Source of the DNA: Escherichia coli
Lineage (GTDB): Bacteria; Pseudomonadota; Gammaproteobacteria; Enterobacterales; Enterobacteriaceae
Reading direction: 5' to 3' (one strand)
DNA length: 64,000 nucleotides
Assembly: GCF_003334405.1 (NCBI RefSeq)
Contig: NZ_QOWM01000009.1
Part shown: positions 13,111 through 25,285 of the stretch, piece after piece
Layout: every line of letters starts with the position of its first letter
How positions within the stretch are numbered: position 1 is the stretch's first letter
Notes under the pieces: model-generated
The model's input: the letters and a program-made list of their open reading frames with translations, nothing else
What the model was told of the DNA's origin: nothing
Database searches by the model: none
Program-made: the position numbers and the translations under genes

Positions 13111-13737
13111 TCAGAGATACAGCGAGCGGACGATCAGGAAGTGACCGGCAAAGTAGCAGGCCGCAGCAATCGCGTTATCCGCACGGAAGCGTCGGCGATA
13201 GTGGCTCCCCAGCCAGACAAAGTTACTGATAAACAGCAACGAAGCGCCAACAAACGCAGAGAGCGCCGGAGCGGTCGGACGGAAGAACCACAGTTCACCT
13301 GCCAGCCACACCATCACCAGCGTCATGCCGATAAACGTGCAGATAGGCCAACGGTACTCTTCCAGGCGCGTCCAGATAATCGCCAGTAACAGCGCACCCA
13401 GAACCAGCAGCACCAGTGGTAGAGGCCAGAAGAAAGAGAGCGTCATCTGACTGGCGAAATAGATGGTGTACAGCAGGTGCGAGAGGAAAAACGCGCCGAT
13501 GGCGTACATCAGACGTTGACGTGGCAACAGGGTTAGCGCATCGCCCAGCAGTGAGGCGCACAGCCCTGCCAGCACCAGATAGCTAATGGCGTCGAACATC
13601 GGCGCTTGCCAGGCCAGTAACAGCAGGAGAAGAAGGGTTAACGGTTTAAACACCCAGCGTTGCCAGGTTGGCCCACGATACGATGCATCCACAGATAGCC
13701 ATGCGGAAAGACAGACAGCGATAAACGACCAAAGCAT
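13111..13737 (-). CDS. yhhN: YhhN-family inner membrane protein
   Basis: 208 aa hydrophobic ORF; K-12 synteny. Confidence 0.8.
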
Positions 13738-13877
13738 CTTAGTTCCTTGAATTCGTTATTTTTTCGTAAGCGGAATGCCTACGGTCTTGCTTCCAGTTTA
13801 GTGGCGAGGGTGGACGGATGACAACACCATAACTGGCAGGGTATGCTTATTTCCGCATTTTCCGATGAGGGATAAAG

Positions 13878-14237
13878 ATGAGCAAACCACCTCTTTTCTT
13901 TATTGTTATCATTGGCTTAATTGTCGTCGCCGCATCGTTTCGTTTTATGCAACAGCGACGGGAAAAAGCTGATAATGATATGGCTCCGCTCCAGCAAAAG
14001 CTGGTGGTGGTGAGCAACAAGCGGGAAAAACCGATTAACGATCGCCGTTCGCGCCAGCAGGAAGTGACTCCGGCAGGCACCAGTATACGCTATGAGGCAA
14101 GCTTCAAACCGCAAAGCGGAGGAATGGAGCAGACGTTTCGCCTCGACGCCCAGCAGTACCACGCCCTGACAGTGGGCGATAAAGGTACGCTGAGCTATAA
14201 AGGAACGCGCTTTGTCAGCTTTGTAGGCGAACAATAA
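13878..14237 (+). CDS. yhhM: Small membrane-anchored protein (DUF2500-like)
   Basis: 119 aa; N-terminal TM helix; synteny. Confidence 0.75.
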   Translation: MSKPPLFFIVIIGLIVVAASFRFMQQRREKADNDMAPLQQKLVVVSNKREKPINDRRSRQQEVTPAGTSIRYEASFKPQSGGMEQTFRLDAQQYHALTVGDKGTLSYKGTRFVSFVGEQ

Positions 14238-14239
14238 GG

Positions 14240-14509
14240 TTATTTTTTAACTTTAAATTTCTTCTGCCAGGCCAGCAGTTCAAACACGCCGAAAAGGAAA
14301 ATCCGTACCTTTTCGGCGGTGGTCATCTGCGGGCCATCTTTCGGTAAAGTGGATTTCAATAGCGCCAGCTGCATACCATGCATCAGCACGGTAAAAATCA
14401 GCGCCACGTTAACGAAGATATTCAGCGGGCGTGGGAAGGGATGCACCAGGTTGAGGATTAAAAATCCCCAAACGCAGAGCATTAACAAACGACCAATATT
14501 AATCAGCAT
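14240..14509 (-). CDS. yhhL: Small inner membrane protein
   Basis: Start chosen at MLINIGRLLML (89 aa) so that it follows rsmD with an 11-bp overlap; longest ORF would overlap rsmD extensively. Confidence 0.7.
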   Translation of the reverse strand: MLINIGRLLMLCVWGFLILNLVHPFPRPLNIFVNVALIFTVLMHGMQLALLKSTLPKDGPQMTTAEKVRIFLFGVFELLAWQKKFKVKK

Positions 14510-15095
14510 CACTTTCTCCTTGTGCTTCGCGTTGATACAGCCGATAAGCCACCTGACCCGCCACTTTTTCCCGATGTAATGACCAGTTTGCTGGAACAGT
14601 GGGCAGACCGTTTTCGACTTCGCTTTCGACATAAATCAGGGCTTCGTCAGCCAGCCAGCCGTTATCTTCCAGTAAATTTATCGTCTCTTCTAACAAGCCA
14701 CGGCGGAACGGTGGATCGACAAACACGATATTATGCGGTGTACCTTTTTGCGCCAGTAATGACATCGCGTTGCTGTTCACCACGCGTGCATTGCCTGCTT
14801 TTAGTGTCGCCAGATTCTTAATTAACTGCTGAGAAACCGCGCGATCCATCTCAATCAACGTTGCCCCCGCAGCGTAGCGCGATAACGCTTCCAGCCCCAG
14901 CGCGCCGCTCCCGGCGAAGCAATCCAGACATTGGGCGTCAACAATGACCGGAGCCAGCCAGTTAAACAACGTTTCGCGTACGCGGTCGGTGGTGGGGCGC
15001 AGACCTGGGCTATCAGGAACCGGGAGTTTACGGCCTCGCCACTGCCCGCCAATAATGCGGATTTGGCCGCTGCCGGAATGATTCGGTTTTTTCAT
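14499..15095 (-). CDS. rsmD: 16S rRNA m2G966 methyltransferase
   Basis: 198 aa; SAM-binding motif LDCFAGSGALGLEALSR; DPPF motif. Confidence 0.9.
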   Translation of the reverse strand: MKKPNHSGSGQIRIIGGQWRGRKLPVPDSPGLRPTTDRVRETLFNWLAPVIVDAQCLDCFAGSGALGLEALSRYAAGATLIEMDRAVSQQLIKNLATLKAGNARVVNSNAMSLLAQKGTPHNIVFVDPPFRRGLLEETINLLEDNGWLADEALIYVESEVENGLPTVPANWSLHREKVAGQVAYRLYQREAQGESDAD

Positions 15096-15244
15096 GATAA
15101 ATTGCTCAATCCGCCAGATAACACATACTTGCAGGCGGTGATGTGAATTAAGTTAAGTGATAGACTATTTCATCATTTTTTTAGCTGCTATGTACATAGC
15201 GTTAACGCTGTGCCATGAAGCAACAGCGAGGAGTGTAGTCGCAA

Positions 15245-16738
15245 ATGGCGAAAGAAAAAAAACGTGGCTTTTTTTCCTGGCTGGGCTTTGGTCAAAAAGA
15301 GCAGACCCCGGAAAAAGAGACAGAAGTTCAGAATGAACAACCGGTTGTAGAAGAAATCGTTCAGGCGCAAGAGCCTGTGAAGGCCTCTGAACAAGCCGTT
15401 GAAGAGCAGCCGCAAGCGCATACTGAAGCCGAGGCGGAAACTTTTGCTGCCGACGTTGTGGAAGTCACTGAACAGGTTGCTGAAAGTGAAAAAGCGCAGC
15501 CTGAAGCGGAAGTCGTTGCACAGCCGGAACCGGTCGTAGAAGAAACGCCGGAGCCAGTGGCTATCGAACGTGAAGAGCTGCCGTTGCCGGAAGACGTCAA
15601 CGCCGAAGCGGTTTCGCCAGAAGAGTGGCAGGCTGAAGCGGAAACCGTAGAGATTGTCGAAGCGGCGGAAGAAGAAGCGGCTAAAGAAGAAATTACCGAC
15701 GAAGAGCTGGAAACGGCGCTGGCTGCCGAAGCGGCAGAAGAGGCGGTGATGGTGGTTCCTCCGGCAGAAGAAGAGCAGCCGGTGGAAGAAATCGCTCAGG
15801 AGCAGGAAAAACCGACCAAAGAAGGTTTTTTCGCGCGCCTGAAACGCAGCCTGTTAAAAACCAAAGAAAATCTCGGTTCCGGATTTATCAGCCTGTTCCG
15901 CGGTAAAAAAATCGACGATGATCTGTTTGAGGAGCTGGAAGAGCAGCTTTTGATCGCCGATGTGGGTGTGGAAACCACACGTAAAATTATCACCAATCTG
16001 ACGGAAGGCGCATCCCGCAAGCAGCTTCGTGACGCCGAGGCGCTCTATGGCCAGCTGAAAGAAGAGATGGGCGAGATTCTGGCGAAAGTCGATGAGCCGC
16101 TGAATGTTGAAGGCAAAGCGCCGTTTGTGATCCTGATGGTGGGCGTCAACGGTGTGGGTAAAACCACGACGATTGGTAAGCTGGCGCGTCAGTTTGAGCA
16201 GCAGGGTAAATCGGTGATGCTGGCGGCGGGTGATACTTTCCGTGCAGCTGCGGTTGAACAGCTTCAGGTCTGGGGTCAGCGCAACAATATTCCGGTGATT
16301 GCCCAGCATACCGGGGCGGATTCCGCCTCTGTTATCTTCGACGCCATTCAGGCAGCTAAAGCGCGTAATATCGACGTCCTGATTGCCGATACAGCCGGAC
16401 GCCTGCAGAACAAATCGCACCTGATGGAAGAGTTGAAGAAAATCGTCCGCGTGATGAAGAAACTCGACGTTGAAGCGCCGCATGAAGTTATGCTGACTAT
16501 TGATGCCAGCACCGGGCAGAACGCGGTAAGCCAGGCCAAACTGTTCCATGAAGCCGTTGGCTTAACCGGCATCACGCTAACGAAACTGGACGGCACGGCG
16601 AAAGGCGGGGTAATTTTCTCGGTGGCTGACCAGTTTGGTATCCCTATCCGCTACATTGGTGTCGGCGAACGTATTGAGGATTTGCGTCCGTTTAAGGCGG
16701 ACGACTTTATAGAGGCACTTTTTGCCCGAGAGGATTAA
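15245..16738 (+). CDS. ftsY: Signal recognition particle receptor FtsY
   Basis: 497 aa; long acidic E/A/Q-rich N-terminal A domain, then SRP GTPase NG domain (GVNGVGKTTT, DTAGR, TKLDG). Confidence 0.95.
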   Translation: MAKEKKRGFFSWLGFGQKEQTPEKETEVQNEQPVVEEIVQAQEPVKASEQAVEEQPQAHTEAEAETFAADVVEVTEQVAESEKAQPEAEVVAQPEPVVEETPEPVAIEREELPLPEDVNAEAVSPEEWQAEAETVEIVEAAEEEAAKEEITDEELETALAAEAAEEAVMVVPPAEEEQPVEEIAQEQEKPTKEGFFARLKRSLLKTKENLGSGFISLFRGKKIDDDLFEELEEQLLIADVGVETTRKIITNLTEGASRKQLRDAEALYGQLKEEMGEILAKVDEPLNVEGKAPFVILMVGVNGVGKTTTIGKLARQFEQQGKSVMLAAGDTFRAAAVEQLQVWGQRNNIPVIAQHTGADSASVIFDAIQAAKARNIDVLIADTAGRLQNKSHLMEELKKIVRVMKKLDVEAPHEVMLTIDASTGQNAVSQAKLFHEAVGLTGITLTKLDGTAKGGVIFSVADQFGIPIRYIGVGERIEDLRPFKADDFIEALFARED

Positions 16739-16740
16739 CA

Positions 16741-17409
16741 ATGATTCGCTTTGAACATGTCAGCAAGGCTTATCTCGGTGGGAGACAGGCGCTGCAGGGC
16801 GTTACGTTCCATATGCAGCCGGGTGAGATGGCGTTTCTGACCGGTCATTCCGGCGCAGGGAAAAGTACCCTCCTGAAGCTGATCTGTGGGATTGAGCGGC
16901 CCAGCGCCGGGAAAATCTGGTTTAGCGGCCATGACATCACGCGTCTGAAAAACCGTGAAGTTCCGTTTCTGCGCCGCCAGATTGGCATGATTTTCCAGGA
17001 TCACCATCTACTGATGGACCGTACTGTCTACGATAACGTGGCGATCCCGCTGATTATCGCCGGTGCCAGCGGTGACGATATTCGTCGCCGGGTGTCGGCG
17101 GCGCTGGATAAAGTCGGGCTACTGGACAAAGCGAAGAACTTCCCTATTCAGCTTTCGGGCGGTGAACAACAGCGTGTTGGCATTGCCCGCGCGGTGGTGA
17201 ACAAGCCCGCGGTACTGCTGGCGGACGAACCGACTGGTAACCTGGACGACGCGCTGTCGGAAGGCATTTTACGTCTGTTTGAAGAGTTTAACCGCGTTGG
17301 GGTAACCGTATTGATGGCAACGCACGACATCAACCTGATCTCGCGGCGTTCCTATCGCATGCTCACCCTGAGCGATGGTCACTTGCATGGAGGCGTGGGC
17401 CATGAATAA
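16741..17409 (+). CDS. ftsE: Cell division ABC ATPase FtsE
   Basis: 222 aa; Walker [10 protein letters not shown], signature LSGGEQQRV, Walker B LLADEPT. Confidence 0.95.
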
Positions 17410-18460
17410 GCGCGATGCAATCAATCATATTCGGCAGTTTGGCGGGCGTCTTGATCGCTTCCGTAAATCGGTCGGCGGCTCAGGCGACGGCGGTCGTAAC
17501 GCACCAAAACGCGCGAAATCCTCGCCAAAACCGGTAAATCGCAAAACCAACGTTTTCAACGAACAGGTGCGCTATGCCTTCCACGGCGCATTGCAGGATC
17601 TGAAAAGCAAACCGTTCGCCACGTTTTTAACGGTGATGGTTATCGCCATTTCTCTGACGCTGCCCAGCGTCTGTTATATGGTGTACAAAAACGTTAACCA
17701 GGCGGCGACGCAGTATTATCCGTCACCGCAAATCACTGTTTATCTGCAAAAAACGCTGGACGATGACGCTGCTGCGGGCGTGGTGGCACAGTTGCAGGCC
17801 GAGCAAGGCGTGGAGAAAGTGAACTATCTTTCTCGTGAAGACGCACTGGGTGAGTTCCGTAACTGGTCTGGTTTTGGTGGTGCGCTGGATATGCTGGAAG
17901 AAAACCCGCTTCCGGCAGTGGCGGTGGTGATCCCGAAACTCGATTTCCAGGGGACGGAATCACTGAATACGCTGCGTGATCGTATCACGCAGATTAACGG
18001 CATTGACGAAGTGCGGATGGATGACAGCTGGTTTGCCCGTCTGGCGGCGTTGACCGGGCTGGTCGGGCGCGTTTCGGCGATGATCGGCGTGTTGATGGTG
18101 GCGGCCGTGTTCCTCGTCATCGGTAACAGTGTGCGTCTGAGTATCTTTGCTCGCCGTGACTCCATTAACGTACAGAAACTGATTGGTGCGACAGATGGAT
18201 TCATCCTGCGCCCGTTCCTGTATGGTGGCGCACTGCTGGGATTTTCTGGCGCATTGTTGTCATTAATTTTGTCAGAAATTCTGGTGCTGCGATTGTCATC
18301 GGCGGTTGCGGAAGTGGCACAGGTTTTCGGAACGAAGTTTGATATCAATGGCTTATCATTCGATGAATGCCTGCTATTGCTGCTGGTATGCTCGATGATT
18401 GGCTGGGTGGCAGCGTGGCTTGCCACGGTACAACATTTACGCCACTTTACGCCTGAATAA
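17402..18460 (+). CDS. ftsX: Cell division ABC permease-like protein FtsX
   Basis: Start at MNKRDAINH (352 aa), 8-bp overlap with ftsE; 4 TM segments. Confidence 0.92.
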
Positions 18461-18585
18461 TAAAAGCGTGTTATACTCTTTCCCTGCAATGGGTTCCGTA
18501 GCAGGGAAAGAGACCCCGTTGTCTCTTCCCGGTATTTCATCTCTATGTCACATTTTGTGCGTAATTTATTCACAAGCTTGCATTG

Positions 18586-18611
18586 AACTTGTGGATAAAA
18601 TCACGGTCTGA
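18586..18611 (+). promoter_or_regulatory. rpoH P3 promoter, sigmaE-dependent (GAACTT-N15-TCTGA)
   Basis: GAACTTGTGGATAAAATCACGGTCTGA read directly, ~95 bp upstream of rpoH ATG; matches sigmaE -35/-10 consensus. Confidence 0.8.
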
Positions 18612-18704
18612 TAAAACAGTGAATGATAACCTCGTTGCTCTTAAGCTCTGGCACAGTTGTTGCTACCACTGAAGCGCCAGAAGATATCGATTGAGAGGAT
18701 TTGA

Positions 18705-19559
18705 ATGACTGACAAAATGCAAAGTTTAGCTTTAGCCCCAGTTGGCAACCTGGATTCCTACATCCGGGCAGCTAACGCGTGGCCGATGTTGTCGGCTGAC
18801 GAGGAGCGGGCGCTGGCTGAAAAGCTGCATTACCATGGCGATCTGGAAGCAGCTAAAACGCTGATCCTGTCTCACCTGCGGTTTGTTGTTCATATTGCTC
18901 GTAATTATGCGGGCTATGGCCTGCCACAGGCGGATTTGATTCAGGAAGGTAACATCGGCCTGATGAAAGCAGTGCGCCGTTTCAACCCGGAAGTGGGTGT
19001 GCGCCTGGTCTCCTTCGCCGTTCACTGGATCAAAGCAGAGATCCACGAATACGTTCTGCGTAACTGGCGTATCGTCAAAGTTGCGACCACCAAAGCGCAG
19101 CGCAAACTGTTCTTCAACCTGCGTAAAACCAAGCAGCGTCTGGGCTGGTTTAACCAGGATGAAGTCGAAATGGTGGCCCGTGAACTGGGCGTAACCAGCA
19201 AAGACGTACGTGAGATGGAATCACGTATGGCGGCACAGGACATGACCTTTGACCTGTCTTCCGACGACGATTCCGACAGCCAGCCGATGGCTCCGGTGCT
19301 CTATCTGCAGGATAAATCATCTAACTTTGCCGACGGCATTGAAGATGATAACTGGGAAGAGCAGGCGGCAAACCGTCTGACCGACGCGATGCAGGGTCTG
19401 GACGAACGCAGCCAGGACATCATCCGTGCGCGCTGGCTGGACGAAGACAACAAGTCCACGTTGCAGGAACTGGCTGACCGTTACGGCGTTTCCGCTGAGC
19501 GTGTACGCCAGCTGGAAAAGAACGCGATGAAAAAATTGCGTGCTGCCATTGAAGCGTAA
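18705..19559 (+). CDS. rpoH: RNA polymerase sigma-32 (heat-shock sigma factor)
   Basis: 284 aa; sigma-70 family regions; RpoH box [15 protein letters not shown]. Confidence 0.97.
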   Translation: MTDKMQSLALAPVGNLDSYIRAANAWPMLSADEERALAEKLHYHGDLEAAKTLILSHLRFVVHIARNYAGYGLPQADLIQEGNIGLMKAVRRFNPEVGVRLVSFAVHWIKAEIHEYVLRNWRIVKVATTKAQRKLFFNLRKTKQRLGWFNQDEVEMVARELGVTSKDVREMESRMAAQDMTFDLSSDDDSDSQPMAPVLYLQDKSSNFADGIEDDNWEEQAANRLTDAMQGLDERSQDIIRARWLDEDNKSTLQELADRYGVSAERVRQLEKNAMKKLRAAIEA

Positions 19560-19579
19560 TTTCCGCTATTAAGCAGAGA

Positions 19580-19612
19580 ACCCTGGATGAGAGTCCGGGG
19601 TTTTTGTTTTTT
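19580..19612 (+). terminator. Putative rho-independent terminator after rpoH
   Basis: ccctggatgagagtccgggg followed by tttttgtttttt. Confidence 0.55.
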
Positions 19613-19829
19613 GGGCCTCTGTAATAATCAATTTCCCCTCCGGCAAAACGCCAATCCCCACGCAGATTGTTAATAAACTGTCAAAATAGCTATTCCAATA
19701 TCATAAAAATCGGGTATGTTTTAGCAGAGTATGCTGCTAAAGCACGGGTAGTCATGCATAAAACGAAACAAAGTGCTGAAAAACAACATCACAACACACG
19801 TAATAACCAGAAGAATGGGGATTCTCAGG

Positions 19830-20933
19830 ATGAACATAAAGGGTAAAGCGTTACTGGCAGGATGTATCGCGCTGGCATTCAGCAATATGGCTCTGGCAGA
19901 AGATATTAAAGTCGCGGTCGTGGGCGCAATGTCCGGTCCGGTTGCGCAGTACGGTGACCAGGAGTTTACCGGCGCAGAGCAGGCGGTTGCGGATATCAAC
20001 GCTAAAGGCGGCATTAAAGGCAACAAACTGCAAATCGTAAAATATGACGATGCCTGTGACCCGAAACAGGCGGTTGCGGTGGCGAACAAAGTCGTTAACG
20101 ACGGCATTAAATATGTGATTGGTCACCTCTGTTCTTCATCAACGCAGCCTGCGTCTGACATCTACGAAGACGAAGGCATTTTAATGATCACCCCAGCGGC
20201 AACCGCGCCGGAGCTGACCGCCCGTGGCTATCAGCTGATCCTGCGCACCACCGGCCTGGACTCCGACCAGGGGCCGACGGCGGCGAAATATATTCTTGAG
20301 AAAGTGAAACCGCAGCGTATTGCTATCGTTCACGACAAACAGCAATACGGCGAAGGTCTGGCGCGAGCGGTGCAGGACGGCCTGAAGAAAGGCAATGCAA
20401 ACGTGGTGTTCTTTGATGGCATCACCGCCGGGGAAAAAGATTTCTCAACGCTGGTGGCGCGTCTGAAAAAAGAGAATATCGACTTCGTTTACTACGGCGG
20501 TTATCACCCGGAAATGGGGCAAATCCTGCGTCAGGCACGCGCGGCAGGGCTGAAAACTCAGTTTATGGGGCCGGAAGGTGTGGCTAACGTTTCGCTGTCT
20601 AACATTGCGGGCGAATCAGCGGAAGGGCTGCTGGTGACCAAGCCGAAGAACTACGATCAGGTTCCGGCGAACAAACCCATTGTTGACGCGATCAAAGCGA
20701 AAAAACAGGACCCAAGTGGCGCATTCGTTTGGACCACCTACGCCGCGCTGCAATCTTTGCAGGCGGGCCTGAATCAGTCTGACGATCCGGCTGAAATCGC
20801 CAAATACCTGAAAGCGAACTCCGTGGATACCGTAATGGGACCGCTGACCTGGGATGAGAAAGGCGATCTGAAAGGCTTTGAGTTCGGCGTATTTGACTGG
20901 CACGCCAACGGCACGGCGACCGATGCGAAGTAA
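19830..20933 (+). CDS. livJ: Leu/Ile/Val periplasmic binding protein
   Basis: Start at [23 protein letters not shown] (signal peptide); 367 aa; ~80% identical by eye to livK downstream. Confidence 0.93.
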   Translation: MNIKGKALLAGCIALAFSNMALAEDIKVAVVGAMSGPVAQYGDQEFTGAEQAVADINAKGGIKGNKLQIVKYDDACDPKQAVAVANKVVNDGIKYVIGHLCSSSTQPASDIYEDEGILMITPAATAPELTARGYQLILRTTGLDSDQGPTAAKYILEKVKPQRIAIVHDKQQYGEGLARAVQDGLKKGNANVVFFDGITAGEKDFSTLVARLKKENIDFVYYGGYHPEMGQILRQARAAGLKTQFMGPEGVANVSLSNIAGESAEGLLVTKPKNYDQVPANKPIVDAIKAKKQDPSGAFVWTTYAALQSLQAGLNQSDDPAEIAKYLKANSVDTVMGPLTWDEKGDLKGFEFGVFDWHANGTATDAK

Positions 20934-20990
20934 TCATTAATCGGCAACTTTGGGTTGCCGCCAAATTGCTAATATCGAGTACGTTGCTTC

Positions 20991-21092
<102 letters not shown>

Positions 21093-21120
21093 ATATCACT
21101 TTTGAAATCAAACTTGACGA

Positions 21121-21504
21121 TTAACACTTCTCCCAGCCGCCCTGTTGTGCCGTAAACCCCAGCGCCTGCATAAACGCCGTCATCACACCGCGATCTTCCA
21201 CGCCTGCATCCGCCATCCACCAGCATGAAACGCCAGGATTGTTACGCAAAACCTCTTCCAGCAGATATTGCCCCACACCGCGACGGCGGGTGACTTCCCG
21301 CACGCGCAGGGAATCCAGTGCTCCCTCGGTGCCGCTTAAGGTTACCCGCACGGCAGCGAGCAGGCGCTCGTTAAAACGCGCGGCGTAGATACGGTGGTTA
21401 TCGTCAACCTGTAACGAGGAAGGGGAATACTCCGGCCAGATCTTTTGCAGGTCAATCCGGTCTTGGTCGCTAAATTTTTCTAATCGAATGATGGTCAGCT
21501 TCAT
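21121..21504 (-). CDS. panM: PanD maturation factor (GNAT-fold)
   Basis: 127 aa ORF between livJ and livK; sequence consistent with PanM/PanZ. Confidence 0.85.
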   Translation of the reverse strand: MKLTIIRLEKFSDQDRIDLQKIWPEYSPSSLQVDDNHRIYAARFNERLLAAVRVTLSGTEGALDSLRVREVTRRRGVGQYLLEEVLRNNPGVSCWWMADAGVEDRGVMTAFMQALGFTAQQGGWEKC

Positions 21505-21927
21505 GGGTAACCCGTGTAAATCACAAAAGTGGAACCAGTGTAGCGAAATAATTTAATCGGAGGCTTTCTCTTTTTTATTTCTTTTGGCAGGTGATTAATT
21601 TTTTAACAGCAATAATTACAAAGTTAAAACATTAGAGAATGAAAAATGTCCAGCATAATCCCCTGAATGATAGTGAATTATTCCGCCCTTTGTGCCGTTA
21701 TTTTATGCTGACAAAGGCACTTTTTTCTGTTTATCTATCAATAAATTCAGAATATTATCTGTTCTTAATCGACTGAAAAATAGGGATTTTAATCGCTATT
21801 ATCACAAAATACTGCGCTAACCCCTTAATCAGACAGGCAAAAACAGTGCAGTATAAAAAAAGAACAGTCTGATTTGTTAACACATAAAAACAAAGCAACA
21901 CAACATCACGAATGGGGATTTTTGACT

Positions 21928-23037
21928 ATGAAACGGAATGCGAAAACTATCATCGCAGGGATGATTGCACTGGCAATTTCACACACCGCTATGGCTGACG
22001 ATATTAAAGTCGCCGTTGTCGGCGCGATGTCCGGCCCGATTGCCCAGTGGGGCGATATGGAATTTAACGGCGCGCGTCAGGCAATTAAAGACATTAATGC
22101 CAAAGGGGGAATTAAGGGCGATAAACTGGTTGGCGTGGAATATGACGACGCATGCGACCCGAAACAAGCCGTTGCGGTCGCCAACAAAATCGTTAATGAC
22201 GGCATTAAATACGTTATTGGTCATCTGTGTTCTTCTTCTACCCAGCCTGCGTCAGATATCTATGAAGACGAAGGTATTCTGATGATCTCGCCGGGAGCGA
22301 CCAACCCGGAGCTGACCCAACGCGGTTATCAACACATTATGCGTACTGCCGGGCTGGACTCTTCCCAGGGGCCAACGGCGGCAAAATACATTCTTGAGAC
22401 GGTGAAGCCCCAGCGCATCGCCATCATTCACGACAAACAACAGTATGGCGAAGGGCTGGCGCGTTCGGTGCAGGACGGGCTGAAAGCGGCTAACGCCAAC
22501 GTCGTCTTCTTCGACGGTATTACCGCCGGGGAGAAAGATTTCTCCGCGCTGATCGCCCGCCTGAAAAAAGAAAACATCGACTTCGTTTACTACGGCGGTT
22601 ACTACCCGGAAATGGGGCAGATGCTGCGCCAGGCCCGTTCCGTTGGCCTGAAAACCCAGTTTATGGGGCCGGAAGGTGTGGGTAATGCGTCGTTGTCGAA
22701 CATTGCCGGTGATGCCGCCGAAGGCATGTTGGTCACTATGCCAAAACGCTATGACCAGGATCCGGCAAACCAGGGCATCGTTGATGCGCTGAAAGCAGAC
22801 AAGAAAGATCCGTCCGGGCCTTATGTCTGGATCACCTACGCGGCGGTGCAATCTCTGGCGACTGCCCTTGAGCGTACCGGCAGCGATGAGCCGCTGGCGC
22901 TGGTGAAAGATTTAAAAGCTAACGGTGCAAACACCGTGATTGGGCCGCTGAACTGGGATGAAAAAGGCGATCTTAAGGGATTTGATTTTGGTGTCTTCCA
23001 GTGGCACGCCGACGGTTCATCCACGGCAGCCAAGTGA
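21928..23037 (+). CDS. livK: Leucine-specific periplasmic binding protein
   Basis: Start at [23 protein letters not shown] (signal peptide); 369 aa; first gene of livKHMGF. Confidence 0.93.
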
Positions 23038-23084
23038 TCATCCCACCGCCCGTAAAATGCGGGCGGGTTTAGAAAGGTTACCTT

Positions 23085-24011
23085 ATGTCTGAGCAGTTTT
23101 TGTATTTCTTGCAGCAGATGTTTAACGGCGTCACGCTGGGCAGTACCTACGCGCTGATAGCCATCGGCTACACCATGGTTTACGGCATTATCGGCATGAT
23201 CAACTTCGCCCACGGCGAGGTTTATATGATTGGCAGCTACGTCTCATTTATGATCATCGCCGCGCTGATGATGATGGGCATTGATACCGGCTGGCTGCTG
23301 GTAGCTGCGGGATTCGTCGGCGCAATCGTCATTGCCAGCGCCTACGGCTGGAGTATCGAACGGGTGGCTTACCGCCCGGTGCGTAACTCTAAGCGCCTGA
23401 TTGCACTCATCTCTGCAATCGGTATGTCCATCTTCCTGCAAAACTACGTCAGCCTGACCGAAGGTTCGCGCGACGTGGCGCTGCCGAGCCTGTTTAACGG
23501 TCAGTGGGTGGTGGGGCATAGCGAAAACTTCTCTGCCTCTATTACCACCATGCAGGCGGTGATCTGGATTGTTACCTTCCTCGCCATGCTGGCGCTGACG
23601 ATTTTCATTCGCTATTCCCGCATGGGTCGCGCGTGTCGTGCCTGCGCGGAAGATCTGAAAATGGCGAGTCTGCTTGGCATTAACACCGACCGGGTGATTG
23701 CGCTGACCTTTGTGATTGGCGCGGCGATGGCGGCGGTGGCGGGTGTGCTGCTCGGTCAGTTCTACGGCGTCATTAACCCCTACATCGGCTTTATGGCCGG
23801 GATGAAAGCCTTTACCGCGGCGGTGCTCGGTGGGATTGGCAGCATTCCGGGAGCGATGATTGGCGGCCTGATTCTGGGGATTGCGGAGGCGCTCTCTTCT
23901 GCCTATCTGAGTACGGAATATAAAGATGTGGTCTCATTCGCCCTGCTGATTCTGGTGCTGCTGGTGATGCCGACCGGTATTCTGGGTCGCCCGGAGGTAG
24001 AGAAAGTATGA
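23085..24011 (+). CDS. livH: Branched-chain amino acid ABC permease
   Basis: 308 aa multi-TM. Confidence 0.93.
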   Translation: MSEQFLYFLQQMFNGVTLGSTYALIAIGYTMVYGIIGMINFAHGEVYMIGSYVSFMIIAALMMMGIDTGWLLVAAGFVGAIVIASAYGWSIERVAYRPVRNSKRLIALISAIGMSIFLQNYVSLTEGSRDVALPSLFNGQWVVGHSENFSASITTMQAVIWIVTFLAMLALTIFIRYSRMGRACRACAEDLKMASLLGINTDRVIALTFVIGAAMAAVAGVLLGQFYGVINPYIGFMAGMKAFTAAVLGGIGSIPGAMIGGLILGIAEALSSAYLSTEYKDVVSFALLILVLLVMPTGILGRPEVEKV

Positions 24012-25285
24012 AACCGATGCATATTGCAATGGCGCTGCTCTCTGCCGCGATGTTCTTTGTGCTGGCGGGCGTCTTTATGGGCGTGCAACTGGAGCTGGAT
24101 GGCACCAAACTGGTGGTCGACACGGCTTCGGATGTCCGTTGGCAGTGGGTGTTTATCGGCACGGCGGTGGTCTTTTTCTTCCAGCTTTTGCGACCGGCTT
24201 TCCAGAAAGGGTTGAAAAGCGTTTCCGGACCGAAGTTTATTCTGCCCGCCATTGATGGCTCCACGGTGAAGCAGAAACTGTTCCTCGTGGCGCTGTTGGT
24301 GCTTGCGGTGGCGTGGCCGTTTATGGTTTCACGCGGGACGGTGGATATTGCCACCCTGACCATGATCTACATTATCCTCGGTCTCGGGCTGAACGTGGTT
24401 GTTGGTCTTTCTGGTCTGCTGGTGCTGGGGTACGGCGGTTTTTACGCCATCGGCGCTTACACTTTTGCGCTGCTCAATCACTATTACGGCTTGGGCTTCT
24501 GGACCTGCCTGCCGATTGCTGGATTAATGGCAGCGGCGGCGGGCTTCCTGCTCGGTTTTCCGGTGCTGCGTTTGCGCGGTGACTATCTGGCGATCGTTAC
24601 CCTCGGTTTCGGCGAAATTGTGCGCATATTGCTGCTCAATAACACCGAAATTACCGGCGGCCCGAACGGAATCAGTCAGATCCCGAAACCGACACTCTTC
24701 GGACTCGAGTTCAGCCGTACCGCTCGTGAAGGCGGCTGGGACACGTTCAGTAATTTCTTTGGCCTGAAATACGATCCCTCCGATCGTGTCATCTTCCTCT
24801 ACCTGGTGGCGTTGCTGCTGGTGGTGCTAAGCCTGTTTGTCATTAACCGCCTGCTGCGGATGCCGCTGGGGCGTGCGTGGGAAGCGTTGCGTGAAGATGA
24901 AATCGCCTGCCGTTCGCTGGGCTTAAGCCCGCGTCGTATCAAGCTGACTGCCTTTACCATAAGTGCCGCGTTTGCCGGTTTTGCCGGAACGCTGTTTGCG
25001 GCGCGTCAGGGCTTTGTCAGCCCGGAATCCTTCACCTTTGCCGAATCGGCGTTTGTGCTGGCGATAGTGGTGCTCGGCGGTATGGGCTCGCAATTTGCGG
25101 TGATTCTGGCGGCAATTTTGCTGGTGGTGTCGCGCGAGTTGATGCGTGATTTCAACGAATACAGCATGTTAATGCTCGGTGGTTTGATGGTGCTGATGAT
25201 GATCTGGCGTCCGCAGGGCTTGCTGCCCATGACGCGCCCGCAACTGAAGCTGAAAAACGGCGCAGCGAAAGGAGAGCAGGCATGA
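24008..25285 (+). CDS. livM: Branched-chain amino acid ABC permease
   Basis: 425 aa multi-TM; 4-bp overlap with livH. Confidence 0.93.
   Translation: MKPMHIAMALLSAAMFFVLAGVFMGVQLELDGTKLVVDTASDVRWQWVFIGTAVVFFFQLLRPAFQKGLKSVSGPKFILPAIDGSTVKQKLFLVALLVLAVAWPFMVSRGTVDIATLTMIYIILGLGLNVVVGLSGLLVLGYGGFYAIGAYTFALLNHYYGLGFWTCLPIAGLMAAAAGFLLGFPVLRLRGDYLAIVTLGFGEIVRILLLNNTEITGGPNGISQIPKPTLFGLEFSRTAREGGWDTFSNFFGLKYDPSDRVIFLYLVALLLVVLSLFVINRLLRMPLGRAWEALREDEIACRSLGLSPRRIKLTAFTISAAFAGFAGTLFAARQGFVSPESFTFAESAFVLAIVVLGGMGSQFAVILAAILLVVSRELMRDFNEYSMLMLGGLMVLMMIWRPQGLLPMTRPQLKLKNGAAKGEQA

Noticed and set aside
15854-16549. 231-aa ORF on minus strand
   Set aside because: Antisense to the ftsY GTPase domain; spurious.
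22252-22851. 199-aa ORF on minus strand
   Set aside because: Antisense to livK; spurious.
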